Numbered from the stretch's first letter, positions 9,481 through 22,020 are shown. The stretch is DNA of 64,000 nt from Candidatus Poribacteria bacterium (GCA_965198235.1 OZ240248.1:2048001-2112000), one strand, 5' to 3'. Numbers and translations: made by a program. Notes: generated by a model not told the origin, from the letters alone.

Positions 9481-10464
9481 TTACGACTCACGTGAAACGA
9501 CGTAATCTGCGAGGGTTTCCAGTGCGATGCGATCGGATGTCTCAGGTAAGACTGCCAATGCGGTTTTGGCGCGGTCGGCGTAGTCTTGAGCGACCTTTAG
9601 GCAGTGTTCCTCAACACTGTATCGTTGGAATAGAGATTTAACAAAAGCGATCGCTTCGGCTCCATCTGTATCAGAGTGCAGCACCTTCTCAAGCATCTGT
9701 TTTTCATCGTCATGACAGGCATATCTTGCATAAATGATAGGGAAGGTGAGTTTTCCTTCGCGGAGGTCGCCGAACGCGTCTTTCCCCAATTTATCGGAAT
9801 CTTCCGTGAAATCGAGCAGGTCATCCACGATTTGGAAAGCGGTTCCAATCTGTTGCCCGTAGGTTGTGAGTGCCTCAACCTGCTCTATCTCTGCTGGGTT
9901 TCCGAGATGTGCACCGAGGGTACAGGACGCAGCGATCAGTTTACCGGTTTTGAAACTGATAATTTTGAGGTATTCGGCTTCGGAGATATCGAAATCGCCA
10001 CTTTTGTATGCGTGTATGACTTCACCTTCACACATTGCCTGTGTGGTATCGGCAAGGATTGCCATCGCCGGATCATCCGCACGACGGGACACAAGCATCG
10101 AAAGCACACGGGCATGCAGGTAATCTCCGACGAGGACTGCCACTTTATTGCCCCATTTCGTCTGTAACGTCTCACGTCCACGGCGGATCGCGGCTTCGTC
10201 GAGCACATCGTCGTGCACGAGCGATGCGACATGGATGAGTTCAACAACGGCGGCAAGGGTGTGCGCATCGCTTCCTTCGTATCCGCAGACTTTGGCAGAA
10301 AGCACAACGAGAATCGGGCGGAGACGTTTACCACCACCTTCCACAACGTGTTGGACCGCCATATCAACGAACGTGTATTCGCTGGCGGTCTGTTCGGTGA
10401 GTTTCGCCTCAACAGCATTGAGGTCGTCGGCGATCAACTGAACAATTTGATCAAAGTTGGACAT
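9481..10464 (-). CDS. Polyprenyl diphosphate synthase (IspB/HepT-like)
   Basis: GGKRLRP, HDDVLD...RRG, FKTG, AFQIVDDLLD, GK..GDLREGK. Confidence 0.93.
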   Translation of the reverse strand: MSNFDQIVQLIADDLNAVEAKLTEQTASEYTFVDMAVQHVVEGGGKRLRPILVVLSAKVCGYEGSDAHTLAAVVELIHVASLVHDDVLDEAAIRRGRETLQTKWGNKVAVLVGDYLHARVLSMLVSRRADDPAMAILADTTQAMCEGEVIHAYKSGDFDISEAEYLKIISFKTGKLIAASCTLGAHLGNPAEIEQVEALTTYGQQIGTAFQIVDDLLDFTEDSDKLGKDAFGDLREGKLTFPIIYARYACHDDEKQMLEKVLHSDTDGAEAIAFVKSLFQRYSVEEHCLKVAQDYADRAKTALAVLPETSDRIALETLADYVVSRES

Positions 10465-10507
10465 AATGTAGGGGCAGTCCTTGTAACTGCCTTTTCCCTT
10501 AATGGTG

Positions 10508-10772
10508 GTCAGTTATCAGTTATCAGTCCTCGGTTAAAGAGGCACGCTGTAACAATTCAGCACTTCTTAGCGTTCCATCCATTTTGAATTTTAGGGTTAG
10601 TTTGTAGTAGTGCGATTTATCGCACTGCTTCGCAGTGAGAAAACGGGCAATGAATGGTTTCCCTACTACGAACGTGGTTACCCCGATTTGAAACTGGTTG
10701 AAGCACGAGGGTCCTCCAAGTTTGGGGAGCGTATTACAAAAACACCTCTTAACTGATAACTGACGACTGAAA
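10508..10772. repeat. Element with inverted heptamer arms and a nested MITE-like insert
   Basis: cagttatcagttatcagt...gttaaagagg on the left, cctcttaactgataactgacgactga on the right; the middle matches the 357-487 repeat in reverse. Confidence 0.55.
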
Positions 10773-10783
10773 TCTGAAAACTC

Positions 10784-12070
10784 CTAAACGAGATTCGCCA
10801 ATGCCTGTGTTGCGGCTTGAACGGTGTTGTTGATGTCCTCTTCGGAGTGAACTAAGGAGACAAATCCCGCCTCAAATTGGGAGGGTGCGACATAGACCCC
10901 GCGTTCCAGAAGTCCCCAGAAGTATTGTTGAAAGCGTTCAGTATCCGCTGTGCGCGCGCCATCAGCATCGGTGACAGTTTCTGGCGTGAAATAGAGCATC
11001 AGCATCGAACCGACCCGACTATGCCATGCGTCAATACCGTATCTTTGGGTCGCCTCAGCGAGACCATCTGCAAGGGCAGCAGCCCGACTCTCGAGCTGTT
11101 CATAAACCCCCGGTTCAGCGAGACGTTTCAGCGTCGCTATACCTGCGGTAACGGCTAACGGATTGCCCGACAGCGTTCCCGCCTGATAGACATCGCCTTC
11201 TGGCGCAACACACCGCATGATGTCCCGTTTTCCGCCGTACGCTCCAACAGGCAACCCGCCACCGATAATCTTTCCTAAACAGGTCATGTCAGGTGTAACG
11301 TTATAGTGGGATTGCGCACCCCCATAAGCCACTCGGAAGCCGGTGATAACTTCGTCGAAGATAAGCACAATACCGTGCTCTTCAGTGATTTCACGGAGTT
11401 GATCGAGGTACCCTTCACGAGGTGGGATGATGCCCATATTGCCCATAATCGGTTCGAGAATAAGACAGGCAATTTCGTCTGGGTTCGCTTCTATCGCTTC
11501 ACGGACAGCATCGGGATTGTTGAAGGGGACTGTGAGTGTATTACGTGCGAAGTCTTCAGGGACGCCGCCGCTATCGGAAAGCCCGAACGTTGCGACACCC
11601 GACCCTGCTTTCGCTAACAGATAGTCCACGTGACCGTGATAGCATCCGTCGATTTTGAGGATTTTATCGCGACCGGTATACCCACGTGCGACGCGGATTG
11701 CGCTCATGGTTGCTTCGGTCCCAGAATTGACGAGTCGCACCTGTTCAATCGAAGGTACGGCGTTAACAATGGTTTCAGCGAGTTTAGTCTCTAATGGTGT
11801 TGGTGCGCCGAAACTGGTGCCGTTCGCCGCCACCGAATTGATAGCCTCTATAACGCTCGGATACGCGTGCCCCAAAACCAAAGGACCCCAAGAGGCGACA
11901 TAATCAATATATTCGTTGTCATCAATGTCATAGATTTTTGAGCCGTCGCCACGTGCTATGAAACGGGGATGACCTTCGACTTTACTGAAGTTTCGGACAG
12001 GACTGTTGACCCCGCCGGGAATGAATTGTTGTGATTTTTGCCATGCGGCTAAGGATTTACTGCTCTCCAA
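10784..12070 (-). CDS. hemL: Glutamate-1-semialdehyde 2,1-aminomutase
   Basis: IPGGVNSPVR, VNSGTEATMSAIR, IFDEVITGFR, GKIIGGGLPVGAYGG, YQAGTLSGNP, PSQFEAGF. Confidence 0.97.
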   Translation of the reverse strand: MESSKSLAAWQKSQQFIPGGVNSPVRNFSKVEGHPRFIARGDGSKIYDIDDNEYIDYVASWGPLVLGHAYPSVIEAINSVAANGTSFGAPTPLETKLAETIVNAVPSIEQVRLVNSGTEATMSAIRVARGYTGRDKILKIDGCYHGHVDYLLAKAGSGVATFGLSDSGGVPEDFARNTLTVPFNNPDAVREAIEANPDEIACLILEPIMGNMGIIPPREGYLDQLREITEEHGIVLIFDEVITGFRVAYGGAQSHYNVTPDMTCLGKIIGGGLPVGAYGGKRDIMRCVAPEGDVYQAGTLSGNPLAVTAGIATLKRLAEPGVYEQLESRAAALADGLAEATQRYGIDAWHSRVGSMLMLYFTPETVTDADGARTADTERFQQYFWGLLERGVYVAPSQFEAGFVSLVHSEEDINNTVQAATQALANLV

Positions 12071-12096
12071 AGCGTTCCCTCCAAAATCTTTTATGG

Positions 12097-12268
12097 CTAT
12101 CGGAAACCATCGGCAGTCAGTAGTCAGTAGTGTTCCTTGTGGCGGTAATCACTAACATTCCTACCATCTGTCCTATGCCAGATAACTGATTGCTGATAGC
12201 CGATTGCTAATGCGCTGACCGCTGATTGCTAATTCGCTGACTGCTGACTGCTGATCGCTGACAGCCAG
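12097..12268. repeat. Inverted arrays of degenerate 7-mers (CTGAYTG/CAGTCAG) flanking a unique core
   Basis: cagtcag-tagtcag ... ctgattg-ctgatag-ccgattg ... ctgactg-ctgactg; similar at ~26690, 29010-29180, 35923-36033 and 61125-61158. Confidence 0.65.
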
Positions 12269-12269
12269 T

Positions 12270-14227
<1,958 letters not shown>

Positions 14228-14355
14228 GATAGAATGATGGGACCTCCGATAATCATGGTAAATCTGATAATCATTAAAATCATAGTTCAGACTTAATTAT
14301 TTAAAGTATACAAAATTTCTCAGCAAACGGCAAGTCAAATCCTCTAACAGTGGTG

Positions 14356-15441
14356 TCAGCGTTCCTCGTATTCAAAGGGGAAAGTGACAGGCGCGCCGTT
14401 GTTTGCCCAGGAACGTGCCATCGCGACATCGATCTCCCGATCCTTGCGCCCGTTATAAGCACCGTATTCAGGTTCTGTGTCATTACGAACTGCGTTTACA
14501 AGACTCATCAGTTCTGATGCCACAGTAATTTCGCCGTCGCTGAGTGGATAATTTTTCAGCGGATTTTCCCACACTACTTCGGGATCGGTATCCGCCACGA
14601 GGGCGGCTAAGGTTTCGTAGCCGTCAACGCTATTGGTTCTGCGTGAGATGTTAATCGCGCGCTGTCCATCAGCAGAATCGTTTAAAATAACGGCATCGTC
14701 TCGGAAGCACATCCCGCGTTCTGCGTAGAACTTCGAGCCGTTAAAACCTCGCAGTGGCGAGCCGTAGGAGAGGCTACTGAAATTGAAGATGCCGACGGCA
14801 CCATCTGCGAATTCGATGACTGCATGTTGCCAATCCTCAGTGTCACGCGTGGGTTGCCCTTGCCGCCAGATGTGATCTTGAACATCATATCCCTTTCGGA
14901 AGCCATAAACTTGCACGGGTTCATTGTCAAAACCGACGTAGCTACGGATGAGCCCGATGCCGTGATAGCCGTGTCCTCGAAAGTCATTATAGGCGGCGTT
15001 GACTTTCCCGAAAACCCCCGCGAGAATCATCTCCCGTTTTATCCGCTCCGAAGGGACGCGGTAGTAATTTTCATTGACTTCCAATTTTGCGCCGTTCGCC
15101 TGTGCAGACGCGATCATCTTGTCTGCCCATCCGAGATCGGTGTCAATCGGCGTTTCGGTGCAATAACTAACCCCACGCTCGGAACAGAGAAGCCCCGGAA
15201 TGTGATTGTTGCTGGGTGTAATCACAATTGCACAAATGTCAGGTTTCACTGTTGCCAACATCTGTTCAGTATTTGTGTAGGCGGGGACACTGTATTTCTC
15301 ACCCTGTTCAGCGACGCTCTCTTCGCGTGGATCGCAAACGGCGACGAGTTCAAGGTCATCCGTCAATTTCGAGATAAGGGGAATGTAGGTTCCGGCACCG
15401 CGTCTGCCAGTACCGATATGCGCGATTTTGAGTTTATCCAT
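14356..15441 (-). CDS. Gfo/Idh/MocA family oxidoreductase
   Basis: KIAHIGTG, VAVCD, ETP motif; GGAGGA RBS before ATG 15441. Confidence 0.85.
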   Translation of the reverse strand: MDKLKIAHIGTGRRGAGTYIPLISKLTDDLELVAVCDPREESVAEQGEKYSVPAYTNTEQMLATVKPDICAIVITPSNNHIPGLLCSERGVSYCTETPIDTDLGWADKMIASAQANGAKLEVNENYYRVPSERIKREMILAGVFGKVNAAYNDFRGHGYHGIGLIRSYVGFDNEPVQVYGFRKGYDVQDHIWRQGQPTRDTEDWQHAVIEFADGAVGIFNFSSLSYGSPLRGFNGSKFYAERGMCFRDDAVILNDSADGQRAINISRRTNSVDGYETLAALVADTDPEVVWENPLKNYPLSDGEITVASELMSLVNAVRNDTEPEYGAYNGRKDREIDVAMARSWANNGAPVTFPFEYEER

Positions 15442-15616
15442 GGCTTTCCTCCTCCCAGGGGTGTGAGTCGGTAACAGAGGCATTCAATTCTTCCATAATT
15501 TCGATTTTCTGCTTGAGGGGTCTTCGCTGTAGGAGCGAGCTCCAGCTCGCGATGCTTTCGCGAAAACGCCCAAAAATCCGACAATTGAATGGCTCTGGAG
15601 TCGGTAATCGCCTGTG

Positions 15617-16105
15617 TTATTCCACCCAGAAGACATGACTCCGTTCAAAGAGATCGTCCTCTAAGTGGATTTCAACGAACCACTCGCCTGTAATGTCTGG
15701 CAAGTCAATGTAAAACCACGTAATTTTATCGCCGGTTGTTGATGTGAGGGTTTGCTTCTCTGTCCAGAATGGCGGGTCGTCCAAATCGTCTTCTGGTGAG
15801 AACCATGAGACTTTAACGGTGTGGTGTTCTGTGATGTTAGCCCATAAGATCCATAAAAATACCTGGTCGTTGACCCCAGCGGAGAAGGTGGTCGTGATGC
15901 CGTCGGGTCTATCCTCGAAGACGCTGATTGCCAAGACGGAATCTACAATCATCGGTTCGTCGCGTCCTACATCGGTGAGACCGCTTCCGCCGGAAGAGGT
16001 CTCACTACAACCGCTCAGCGCAATCGTCAGCGACAGTAGAACTATCCCGAATGTGGAATATGGCGTTGCGAGCAACGTCTTGATATAGGTGCAGGCTTGA
16101 CGCAC
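15617..16105 (-). CDS. Putative lipoprotein
   Basis: Hydrophobic stretch followed by a LSGC lipobox; beta-rich domain; GGAGGAG RBS. Confidence 0.65.
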   Translation of the reverse strand: MRQACTYIKTLLATPYSTFGIVLLSLTIALSGCSETSSGGSGLTDVGRDEPMIVDSVLAISVFEDRPDGITTTFSAGVNDQVFLWILWANITEHHTVKVSWFSPEDDLDDPPFWTEKQTLTSTTGDKITWFYIDLPDITGEWFVEIHLEDDLFERSHVFWVE

Positions 16106-16432
16106 GGATTCTCCTCCTATCTTGGGGTGGGGAAGCCCAGTTAGTAAATTTGGTATAAATGCCGAACTCCAGTATATCAGTCCTCGGTTTTTTTGTCAAA
16201 GGAAAATTGGGGAAAGGTAGGGCTATTCAGTTCCCTCCTACAGAAGAACTAATACCATTTCTAAGAGATTATATTGCATGGATGCCTCATATCAAAGTGT
16301 AACAAGACCGCACATGTAGGGGCAGGTCTTGTGCCTGCCCACATTACTACAACTCGGTTCTTTCGTTAAAATCCTATTGAAAATTTTCAATCAGAAATGG
16401 TATAAATAGCCTTGATCCTGCCAAAGTCTGTG

Positions 16433-16461
16433 TTGACATACATCCTTTTTGGTGATAGACT
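16433..16461 (+). promoter_or_regulatory. Sigma70 promoter
   Basis: TTGACA-17-TAGACT with extended TG, upstream of the amidohydrolase. Confidence 0.65.
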
Positions 16462-16485
16462 GAGACAACAATAGAGGAGTGCCTT

Positions 16486-18033
16486 ATGAGATTTGATACA
16501 ATTATTGCAGACGGAAACATCGTTGACGGAACAGGTAAACGGGAACCGTTTATCGCGGATATCGGCATTCAGGACGACCGGATTGCCGCCATCGGTGACC
16601 TCTCGGAAGCAGAGACACCTCGTCGAATTTCTGCGGAGCGACAGGTTGTCTGCCCCGGTTTTGTTGATGTACACGTGCATTCTGAAATCGCCCTGCTCGG
16701 AGGTCGCGATCAGTTCGCTGCTATCAGCCAAGGTGTGACGACACATTTAGCCGCGCCAGATGGCTTCGGGTGGGCACCTTTATCACCAGAGCAGGCACAA
16801 GAAATGTGGCACTACACGCAGTTCGCTTATGGCGATGCGGAAGTCCCGCTCGATTGGCAAACACCAGACGCATATCTCGGTATGTTCGACGGACGGATCC
16901 CGGCGAACCTCTATCCGCAGGTGCCGCACTGCGCTGTTCGCCTCGGTGCGATGGGGTGGGAGCCGCGCCCAGCAACCGCTGATGAGTTGAAAGTGATGGG
17001 ACGCACAACGCGTGAATGGTTAGAGGCGGGTGCGTGCTGTCTCTGCTTAGGATTGGACTATCAACCCTCCGCAAATGCCGATTTGCACGAATTGGTGCAT
17101 CTCTCAAAAATTGCGGCAGCTTACGATGCCATCTATGCCGCACACATCCGCTACCGCATCCTCGGCAGAAAACAGGCGTGGGAGGAGACGATCGAGATTG
17201 CACAACGTGCCGAAATTCCTGTGCATATCTCGCATGAGCGCGTTGATGATGAAGCCGCGGACGTGCTTGAACGGGTAGAGAAAGAGCAGATAGATTTGAC
17301 GTTTGAGTCCTACCTCTATCCTGCTGGCATGACGCATCTCGCTATGATGCTCCCGATGGAATATCAGACCGGCGCGCCTACTGACATGTTAGCACATCTG
17401 GAAAACCCCGAAGTCCGAGAAAAATCGATCACATACCTGCGCGGAGAATTACGCGGCGGTAACCAGATTGTGGGTTACAACCGATCGGGTAGATTTATCG
17501 GAATGACGCTCGCCGAAGCCGCTGAAAGTGAAGGTAAGTCTTATGAAGAATTCGCCTTCGAGTTCATTCAAGAAGAAGCCACGATTGAAACCTTTGTGAT
17601 GCCGTGGGCAACGCCTCCCGAAGAAAATGAACGCATTTTGAATCGCACTGCGAGCCATCCGCGTATGATGATTGCCAGCGATGGTGTCTACAATATCCCA
17701 CATCCACATCCACGGAGTTATGGATGTTTCGTGCAATATCTCGGCAAATTCGTGCGCGAACGCCAGTTGGTCTCATTGAAAGAAGCCATCTATAAAATGA
17801 GTGGTTTTCCGGCAGAACGTTTTCGACTCTCCGATCGCGGGCGAATTGATCAAGGACTTGCCGCGGATATTGTTGTCTTCGATCCGGAGATTGTCGCAGA
17901 CAGGTCTACGTGGTCCGATCCAGTGCAATCTCCTGTCGGTGTAAACTGGGTGTTCGTCAATGGCGTTTCAGTTGTTGAAGACGGTAACGTGACGGGGCAG
18001 CTACCCGGTAGGGTTCTGCGTCAACAGCGATAG
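16486..18033 (+). CDS. N-acyl-D-amino-acid deacylase family amidohydrolase
   Basis: IVDGTG, PGFVDVHVHS, HIR, VHISH, ASDG...PHPRSYG, ADIVVFDP. Confidence 0.88.
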   Translation: MRFDTIIADGNIVDGTGKREPFIADIGIQDDRIAAIGDLSEAETPRRISAERQVVCPGFVDVHVHSEIALLGGRDQFAAISQGVTTHLAAPDGFGWAPLSPEQAQEMWHYTQFAYGDAEVPLDWQTPDAYLGMFDGRIPANLYPQVPHCAVRLGAMGWEPRPATADELKVMGRTTREWLEAGACCLCLGLDYQPSANADLHELVHLSKIAAAYDAIYAAHIRYRILGRKQAWEETIEIAQRAEIPVHISHERVDDEAADVLERVEKEQIDLTFESYLYPAGMTHLAMMLPMEYQTGAPTDMLAHLENPEVREKSITYLRGELRGGNQIVGYNRSGRFIGMTLAEAAESEGKSYEEFAFEFIQEEATIETFVMPWATPPEENERILNRTASHPRMMIASDGVYNIPHPHPRSYGCFVQYLGKFVRERQLVSLKEAIYKMSGFPAERFRLSDRGRIDQGLAADIVVFDPEIVADRSTWSDPVQSPVGVNWVFVNGVSVVEDGNVTGQLPGRVLRQQR

Positions 18034-18159
18034 ACAGTTTTCTAATTTTCCTTGCGGTGGGATGACGTGGATTCGGTGGTTAACACCCTTACTATAGAGC
18101 CGCCCTCCACTAAAGTGTCGGGCTTGTGTTTTGGAGCGAAGCAGACAGGTTCCCTACGC

Positions 18160-18235
18160 CCAGTCGCGACTTAACCGAAAACCTGTCTGAAACGAAGTGG
18201 AAGCGTTTTTGCTGGGGCGTTTCTTTGCCCAGGAG
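18160..18235 (+). repeat. Dispersed repeat with an M1 insertion (filled allele)
   Basis: gaaacgaagtggaag|cgtttttgctggggcgtttc|tttgcccaggag versus the uninterrupted reverse copy at 38353-38404; a partial copy lies at ~37420-37467. Confidence 0.75.
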
Positions 18236-18243
18236 ACCATAAA

Positions 18244-19698
18244 TTGAAAAATGACTTGACAATTATCGGCGGCGGAAGCGCGGGACTCGTGCTTGCCGTG
18301 GCGGGAGCAAAATTGGGTAAAAAGACCGCGCTTGTGGAGAAGCACCGCATCGGTGGCGACTGCCTTTGGACGGGATGCGTGCCTTCCAAAGCACTCCTGA
18401 AGGTAGCGAAAGTTACAAATTACATCAGGAACGCTGAGAAATACGGCATTACAACCACGAATGCAACGTCTGACTGGCAGCGTGTGATGACGTATGTGAG
18501 GAGCACCCAACACGCGATAGAGGAGGAACACGACAATCCTGAGCGGTTCCGTGAGATGGGGGTTGATGTCATCTTCGGAAACGGACATTTTGAATCCTCT
18601 GATAGCTTTGTTGTAGAAGATACTGAGAACAATCAGACCCGCACCCTCAAGAGTAAAAAGTTTGTGATTAGCACGGGTTCCCGTCCTGTTGCTCCACCTA
18701 TACCCGGCTTAGAATCTTCCGACTACCTTGATAGTGAGAACGTCTGGGATCTTGAAGAGTTCCCCCGTCGTCTACTCGTTGTTGGTGCTGGCCCAATCGG
18801 TATTGAGTTGGGGCAGGCGTTTCATCGCCTCGGTGCGGATGTGACGATAGCACAACGGAGTGGACACATTCTGACGAAAGAGGATGCCGATGTCTCTGAA
18901 CAGATGCTGCGTTACCTCCGCGAGGAGGGGATCACTATCCGACTCAGGACGAATATCGCGCAAGTTAAGAAGCATCAAGAGGGTATCAGTGTCATATTTT
19001 CGGGGTTACAAACCCCTCCCACCAGTAGTGGCGGCAACGAGATGGTGGAACAAACATTTGATAAGATTTTGATTGCCGCGGGGCGCGCACCGAACGTCGA
19101 AGGCTTAGCACTTGACAAAATCGGAGTACAGGTGGGCAGGCGTGGGATTGAAGTGAACAGTAGACTTCAGACAAGCGTGAAAAATATCTATGCCGCAGGC
19201 GATGTGATCGGACATTACTTGTTCACACACGTTGCGGCGTTTCAAGCACAACTGCTCCTCCGAAATATCTTCTTCCCGCTCTCCAAAACGATTAACTACG
19301 CCGTTGTGCCGTGGACAACCTTTTGTGACCCAGAAGTTGCGCGTTGCGGTCTGACGGAAGCAGAGGCGCGCGAGAAGTATGGGGACGTTGATGTATTCAC
19401 GCTGGATCAGGCGGATGTTGACAGAGCCGTCGCTGAAGGTGAGACACACGGTTTTAGCAAAGTCATCGCGAGTCGGTGGACTGGGAAAATATTAGGGGTT
19501 CATCTCGTTGGTGCAAACGCGGGGGAGGTCATCCACGAGTATATCCTGGCGATGCAAGAGGGGATTCCGTTGCGGAAATTGAGTGGGATGATCCATGTGT
19601 ACCCGACGTTTTCAAGCAGTGTCTGGCGCGTGGCAGGCAAATGGTTTTCGGAAAGTACACTGATTCAGACGTTGCGGAAGTTGATTCCGTCAGGTTGA
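18244..19698 (+). CDS. Pyridine nucleotide-disulfide oxidoreductase (mercuric reductase/dihydrolipoamide dehydrogenase-like)
   Basis: IIGGGSAG, GGDCLWTGCVPSK redox pair, VGAGPIG, IYAAGD, HVYPT; no MerA C-terminal Cys-Cys. Confidence 0.88.
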   Translation: MKNDLTIIGGGSAGLVLAVAGAKLGKKTALVEKHRIGGDCLWTGCVPSKALLKVAKVTNYIRNAEKYGITTTNATSDWQRVMTYVRSTQHAIEEEHDNPERFREMGVDVIFGNGHFESSDSFVVEDTENNQTRTLKSKKFVISTGSRPVAPPIPGLESSDYLDSENVWDLEEFPRRLLVVGAGPIGIELGQAFHRLGADVTIAQRSGHILTKEDADVSEQMLRYLREEGITIRLRTNIAQVKKHQEGISVIFSGLQTPPTSSGGNEMVEQTFDKILIAAGRAPNVEGLALDKIGVQVGRRGIEVNSRLQTSVKNIYAAGDVIGHYLFTHVAAFQAQLLLRNIFFPLSKTINYAVVPWTTFCDPEVARCGLTEAEAREKYGDVDVFTLDQADVDRAVAEGETHGFSKVIASRWTGKILGVHLVGANAGEVIHEYILAMQEGIPLRKLSGMIHVYPTFSSSVWRVAGKWFSESTLIQTLRKLIPSG

Positions 19699-19811
19699 CC
19701 GAATTTATAGGTGATCCTGTTTGTAGTAGGGAAACCATTCATTGCCCGTTGTTGATGTGCGAGAAATCGCACGCCTACGAACCTACCGTAGAATTCAAAA
19801 CGGATAGAACG

Positions 19812-20777
19812 CTACTTTTTCAGTTTCCCCCATGTGGTTGTGAGCAACTGCGGTTGTGGCGAGACAGGTAATGCAAATGCCGGATCGAACCAATCAGAGG
19901 GTACATTCCAGATTCCGGCATCTGTTAATTGTTCAGGCTGGCCGCCGTCTAACACGATTTTGAAGGTTTGTATGTGTTCTGAGCGTCGTCTATAGAGAAG
20001 AGCATCCCCGCGTGGCGACCAGACCGGTGCCGCAGCCCCCAGTCCAGGGGCATTCACAACTTTCTGGAGTCCCGTCCCATCCCGATTCAGTGTATAGATC
20101 GTTCCTTTATCATTTGGTCCCTTTGGGTGCCACATAAACGCGAGTTTATCTCCGTCCGGTGACCAGGCAGGTTCTCTTGCCGTGCTGATGTCATCGGGTG
20201 GAAAAAACACTTTCCGTTTTCGCGTGCGTACGTTGAGGATGTATATGTTCAGGCGGTCGGGTGCGACTCTGACGACATAGGTGATTTCTGTGCCGTCTGG
20301 AGACCAAGCCGGTGTGCCTCCAATTGCTACACGTTCCTCATTTTTCCCATCACTTGTGGCGATGTAGAGGTACCCCACACCCCCATCAAAGCGTTTATAA
20401 GCGATCTGTTTCCCATCGGGCGACCAAGCAGGGTGCCGTCTCTCCTCCGATTTTTCAAACATCGGTTGGACATTTTTCCCATCCGCATCCATCAGGTAGA
20501 TATCTAAACTTCCCGGAGATCGATCGCGATTAGATGCAAAAAGTATCTGTTCTCCCGTCGGCGCCCATGCACCGCCGACATCAGCGGCGCGGTGGTTTGT
20601 GATATTCATCTGCTCGCTGCCATCGGGATTCATCAGATAGAGTTCATGATTTCCATCGCGATAGGTCCCAAATACGATTTTCGCTGTGTCGGGTGCTTTT
20701 GCAGAAACCGAACAAACGCTTGCGCATAATATGACGACACTTAGGACGCATAAAACAAACAGAGGCTTCCCTTGCAT
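19812..20777 (-). CDS. Secreted TolB-like (PD40 repeat) beta-propeller protein
   Basis: Signal peptide, repeated PAWSPDG motifs, C-terminal ALPVSPQPQLLTTTWGKLKK. Confidence 0.85.
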   Translation of the reverse strand: MQGKPLFVLCVLSVVILCASVCSVSAKAPDTAKIVFGTYRDGNHELYLMNPDGSEQMNITNHRAADVGGAWAPTGEQILFASNRDRSPGSLDIYLMDADGKNVQPMFEKSEERRHPAWSPDGKQIAYKRFDGGVGYLYIATSDGKNEERVAIGGTPAWSPDGTEITYVVRVAPDRLNIYILNVRTRKRKVFFPPDDISTAREPAWSPDGDKLAFMWHPKGPNDKGTIYTLNRDGTGLQKVVNAPGLGAAAPVWSPRGDALLYRRRSEHIQTFKIVLDGGQPEQLTDAGIWNVPSDWFDPAFALPVSPQPQLLTTTWGKLKK

Positions 20778-20802
20778 TATAGACTCCTTTGAAAGACCGA
20801 CT

Positions 20803-21786
20803 TCAGTTCTCTTTCTTTACTTCTCCCCACGTCGTTGTTAGCAATTGGGGCTGCGGTGAAACAGGCAACGCAAACGCTGGGTCAAACCAATCTCCTGTAA
20901 AATGCCAAAACATTGGATCCGTAAGCTGCACTGGCTCCCCTCCGTCCAATCCAACTTTGAAGATTTGCATCTTCGCCCCTTTGATATACTGTGTATAAAG
21001 AAGTGTGTCTCCGTGCGGAGACCAAACCGGCGAGCTCTCTCTGCCGATTCCTTCGGCGATAACCTGTTGAAGCCCTGTACCATCGCGGTTTATGATATAA
21101 ATTGTCTCTGTATCAGCGAACTGTTCTAAAGGCACCTTGTGGAGCCAGGTGAACGCAATTTTGTCACCAGATGGTGCCCACGCTGGAGATGTCATCCACG
21201 AAGGTTTTGCTGGTTTAGGGAAGAACACTTTCTGTTTATATGTGCTAAGGTTGAGGAGACTAATTTGCTTGCGTTTGACTGCTCCGGTGATAAACGCTAT
21301 CTCTGTTCCATCTGGAGACCACGCCGGACTGCTACCAATCGCTACACGCTCCTCTTTTTTTCCGTCTATTGAAGCAATGTAGATGAACGATTTGCCCTGC
21401 TCACGTCGCGTATAAGCAATCTGTCTTCCGTCCGGGGACCATGTTGGGTGTCTTCTATCCCCTAATTTGCCAAATACCCGTTTCACATTTTTCCCATCTG
21501 CATCCATAAGGTACAGGTCACGGGTTTCAGGGGCTCCATCTCGGTTTGAGGCAAAAAGAATTTGCTCGCCAGTTGGGGACCACACCGGTGAAACATCAAA
21601 TGCCTTGTTACGGGTGAGTCTTACCTTCTCAGTTCCATCTGGGTTCATCAGGTAGATTTCCGAATTTCCGTCATCGATTAACGGAAATACAATTTGGGGG
21701 GTTTGTGGAGCCTGTGCCAAGATGCTGCAAACGCTTGAACAGAAAAATATGAGGCTAAAAGCAGAAAGAAACCGTGCGAATTTCAT
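20803..21786 (-). CDS. Secreted TolB-like (PD40 repeat) beta-propeller protein, tandem paralogue
   Basis: Same architecture; ends ALPVSPQPQLLTTTWGEVKKEN. Confidence 0.85.
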   Translation of the reverse strand: MKFARFLSAFSLIFFCSSVCSILAQAPQTPQIVFPLIDDGNSEIYLMNPDGTEKVRLTRNKAFDVSPVWSPTGEQILFASNRDGAPETRDLYLMDADGKNVKRVFGKLGDRRHPTWSPDGRQIAYTRREQGKSFIYIASIDGKKEERVAIGSSPAWSPDGTEIAFITGAVKRKQISLLNLSTYKQKVFFPKPAKPSWMTSPAWAPSGDKIAFTWLHKVPLEQFADTETIYIINRDGTGLQQVIAEGIGRESSPVWSPHGDTLLYTQYIKGAKMQIFKVGLDGGEPVQLTDPMFWHFTGDWFDPAFALPVSPQPQLLTTTWGEVKKEN

Positions 21787-22020
21787 TAAAGATACCTCAA
21801 CCTACATCTATACTCGCATCTTTATTATCGAACTCAGGTTATTATAACGCAAGTTGCCACCTTTGTAGCATAATCTGTTAGATTGTGTCTGTTACGCACG
21901 CCTATAAAGGCTTGCGGGATAACTAACAGAGCACACAGAATCAGGATTCCAAAAGTCAAATAGGTTTTCATGGTTTGCCTCCATTTATAGTAAAACCTAC
22001 AATTCGTTGGTCAATAACAG

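Noticed and set aside
18244-19698. merA call
   Set aside because: No C-terminal Cys-Cys, no NmerA domain and no mer operon context
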